A stretch of DNA of 64,000 nucleotides from Takakia lepidozioides (taxonomy: Eukaryota; Plantae; Bryophyta): contig CM060732.1 in assembly GCA_030704615.1 (NCBI GenBank), positions 64,542,001 through 64,606,000 on the forward strand, in the 5' to 3' direction. The position numbers were made by a program, and so were the translations under genes. The notes under the pieces were generated by a model. The model ran no database searches. It was not told the DNA's origin and saw only the letters and a program-made list of their open reading frames with translations. Of this stretch, positions 61,801-64,000 are shown piece by piece (position 1 is the first letter of the stretch; each line of letters opens with the position of its first letter).

Positions 61801-64000
61801 CCACATATTAGCGAGGAACTGAAAAAGTGAATCATGGAATGCTTGTCCCAAGGCCTGAGTGTCGCGCAAGTCATGATTGAACACAAGGAGCACGTCATGC
61901 ACAACACTGGCTTGGGAGAAGCATGGATATGCAACGACTTTCTCCTCGAGCAAGATGTCCGGAACCTCGCTGAAAAACGAACCTGACAGACCTTCAAAAA
62001 ACACGCGGACGATGCACAATCCGTATGTATGTGGAAAGATCAGAACCCGGACTCGGTGTTCTTCTACCAAGATGAATCATTGGCGCCCACATTTCAACAT
62101 TTTGATGGAGATTTGGCCTTCACCATTGGTATTCAGACTCCATGGCAGCGGCGCGATGCGCGAATCGTAGCTTGCGACGCGACATTTGGAACTAACCATC
62201 ACAAGGTCTGCCGTCAACCCTCTCCATGGGTTCTGGGAGCATGATAGCCTAGTTCATTGCCCGTTAGTCTTCCATTGCTGTTGTGGGTGCCTTTTTTGTC
62301 CTCAATTCCGATAGATCCAACTGTTCTAATAGACCCTGTTCCAGTAGACCATATGCGGGCAGTAAACCATGTGTTCCAGTAGACCCTATTGGTAGGATCA
62401 GAACTATGTTTATGCCGGGCAATGACTGTAAAAGTTTGGATCCATTGGTCCACTGCCCTCACTGGTCTGCTAATTGTGAATTGACGTTTCATGCAGTTCC
62501 CCTTGTACACATGAATGGTGTTCAACCAATGGTTGAACGGAATTCCGGTTGCATACATATTGTCAGCACGCAACCGAACATCAGACCTCATCCCGTGGAT
62601 GTCAGCATTGCGTGATTCTCTCCTAGCAAAAAAACCCAGCTGGCGCCCGAATGTCTTCATTGTGGACGACGCTGAAGCAGAAATCAATGCAATCCGGTAT
62701 GCCACAGATTTTATTGTGCTCTTTGGTATCCTGTGTGGTCTGCTCCATGGTCCGCAGTATGGTCTGCTTGGTGGTCTGCTCGATGTCCAACGCCATTCTG
62801 ACTATGTGGTCCGTGCAGGTCTGTTTGCGCAGGAATAAGCATTTTCCTCTGCCTTTGGCATGTGCGCAAGGCCTGGGTCAACCAATCATGCCAGAAAATC
62901 AGTGATCGGAGAACAGCCTCAAAACTATTGGCAGATATGGGATACCTTATGTACTTGCAGAGGTGGACCTCATAAAGAAGACAAGGCTATCAAATGGGTA
63001 AAGAAAAAATTGAGGGCAATGAAAAAGAAATATCCTGCAGGTCATTTGTTTCTCCACTACATTCATGTGTACTAGGTTCCCAAGATTGCGATGTGTGTAC
63101 GGCTGCCCGGAACATTCCACATGCAAGCCAAGATACGAATGCAAGCATTGAGGCATATCACGGTAACTTAAAGGCGAGACTGAATATGGGCAAAGGGAAA
63201 ATGACGGGTCGGAGAGCCGACTGGCTCATATGGGAGTTGACAGGGTGTGTTCTTATCCACTACTAGTACTCCATTCATCTGGGTTCATTTGCAACAATAA
63301 ACAAGAAAAATACATTTCCAGTGCAATATGTGCAGCCCGTGACATACCTCTATCGCGTGTAATTTTGTTGGGCGGACCTGGCCAGCCAGCTTATGTCATT
63401 AGTTCCTCTGATCCAGACACTACCTACATAGTATTTATTCCGAGTCGCAGTGGGCCTGCTGCACATGCCAGTGGGCCCTGAAAGGGAATATGAAAGCAGT
63501 AGACCAAGACAAATGTGTGTCCACCACGTGTGCAAACCACTGTGTCAGACCATGGTTGTCTGGAAACCAAGACAGCAGAACACGGAAGGCAATACACCAA
63601 TGAAACCCAACACAGTAGACCACGGAATGGAGTACACCATTAAACACCAAGACAGTAGACCATGCGAACAAGTACACCAATCGGCAGACCTGAGCACTAC
63701 ACCAAGACCCAACATGCAAAATGGAGTACACAAATGACAAGACAACAGACCAATGCAGCGCGACGATGACAGAAGTCAAGGACTAGACCACACCTAACAT
63801 CGACAAACCTTCAGACCTAAAAACCTGCAGATAGACAAACCTGCAGACGTTCCGTAAGCATACCAGCATGACGGCAGACCAATGAAATGTTCAACCGACC
63901 ATTTCAAAATCCGACCACTATTGTACACCATACAAAACTACAGAGCAGTCCATTGGAGCACCAAAATGGCAAGTCTTTCATTATTTGCCAAGCCTAGAAG
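58838..64000 (+). mobile_element. Second MULE family: degenerate MULE-SWIM transposase gene (~59369-63500) with GC-rich terminal region
   Basis: IPWGRVGDFVLGEE; CCYGPED; RGCLCSF...YAPHISEELK; ACDATFGTN; GIPVAY; FIVDDAEAEINAI; LCLWHVRKAW; TNASIEAYHGNLK; degenerate SWIM. Boundaries are approximate. Confidence 0.82.
59902..61576 (-). pseudogene. Second ParB/Srx-like gene fragment inserted antisense in the MULE-2 transposase
   Basis: VYRPLNVKHKDEVKARL...HPVYLIP, then a frameshift to RFFVIGGQHTIIAAK followed by a GT donor. Next exon YTDWPSKII...LSKLLNDPN. Confidence 0.6.

Overview
Eukaryotic DNA with GT-AG introns, most likely from a non-seed land plant (inference from host genes and TE types). 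Bases 1-30,000 are a nest of three diverged copies (A, B, C) of one large two-gene Mutator-like (MULE) DNA transposon family. The family has 9-bp target-site duplications (TSDs), degenerate TIRs ending ...GCGTCGTTG, and a GCM-like/DDE/SWIM transposase. Divergently oriented to the transposase is a 10-exon cargo gene encoding a ParB/Srx-like domain (VWDGNHRLLAW) fused to a beta-class amino (N6-A/N4-C) DNA-methyltransferase-like domain. B (3335-14686) is inserted in the transposase of A, and C (20310-29655) is inserted in the gag of a Ty1/copia remnant. Each copy carries arrays of 22-28-bp palindromes, mostly in cargo-gene introns, with a shared GTYRAC core and copy-specific arms, reminiscent of parS. 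Bases 33,000-50,100 hold four host genes: a CLASP_N/TOG ARM protein, TFIIA-gamma, a Nopp140/SRP40-like gene and an intronless insulin-degrading enzyme. A 2.1-kb TIR-MULE sits in the shared promoter of the last two. The end of the window has a LINE remnant with an internal inversion and a second, unrelated MULE-SWIM transposase interrupted by another ParB-like gene. All assignments were made by eye from motifs; no database searches were run.
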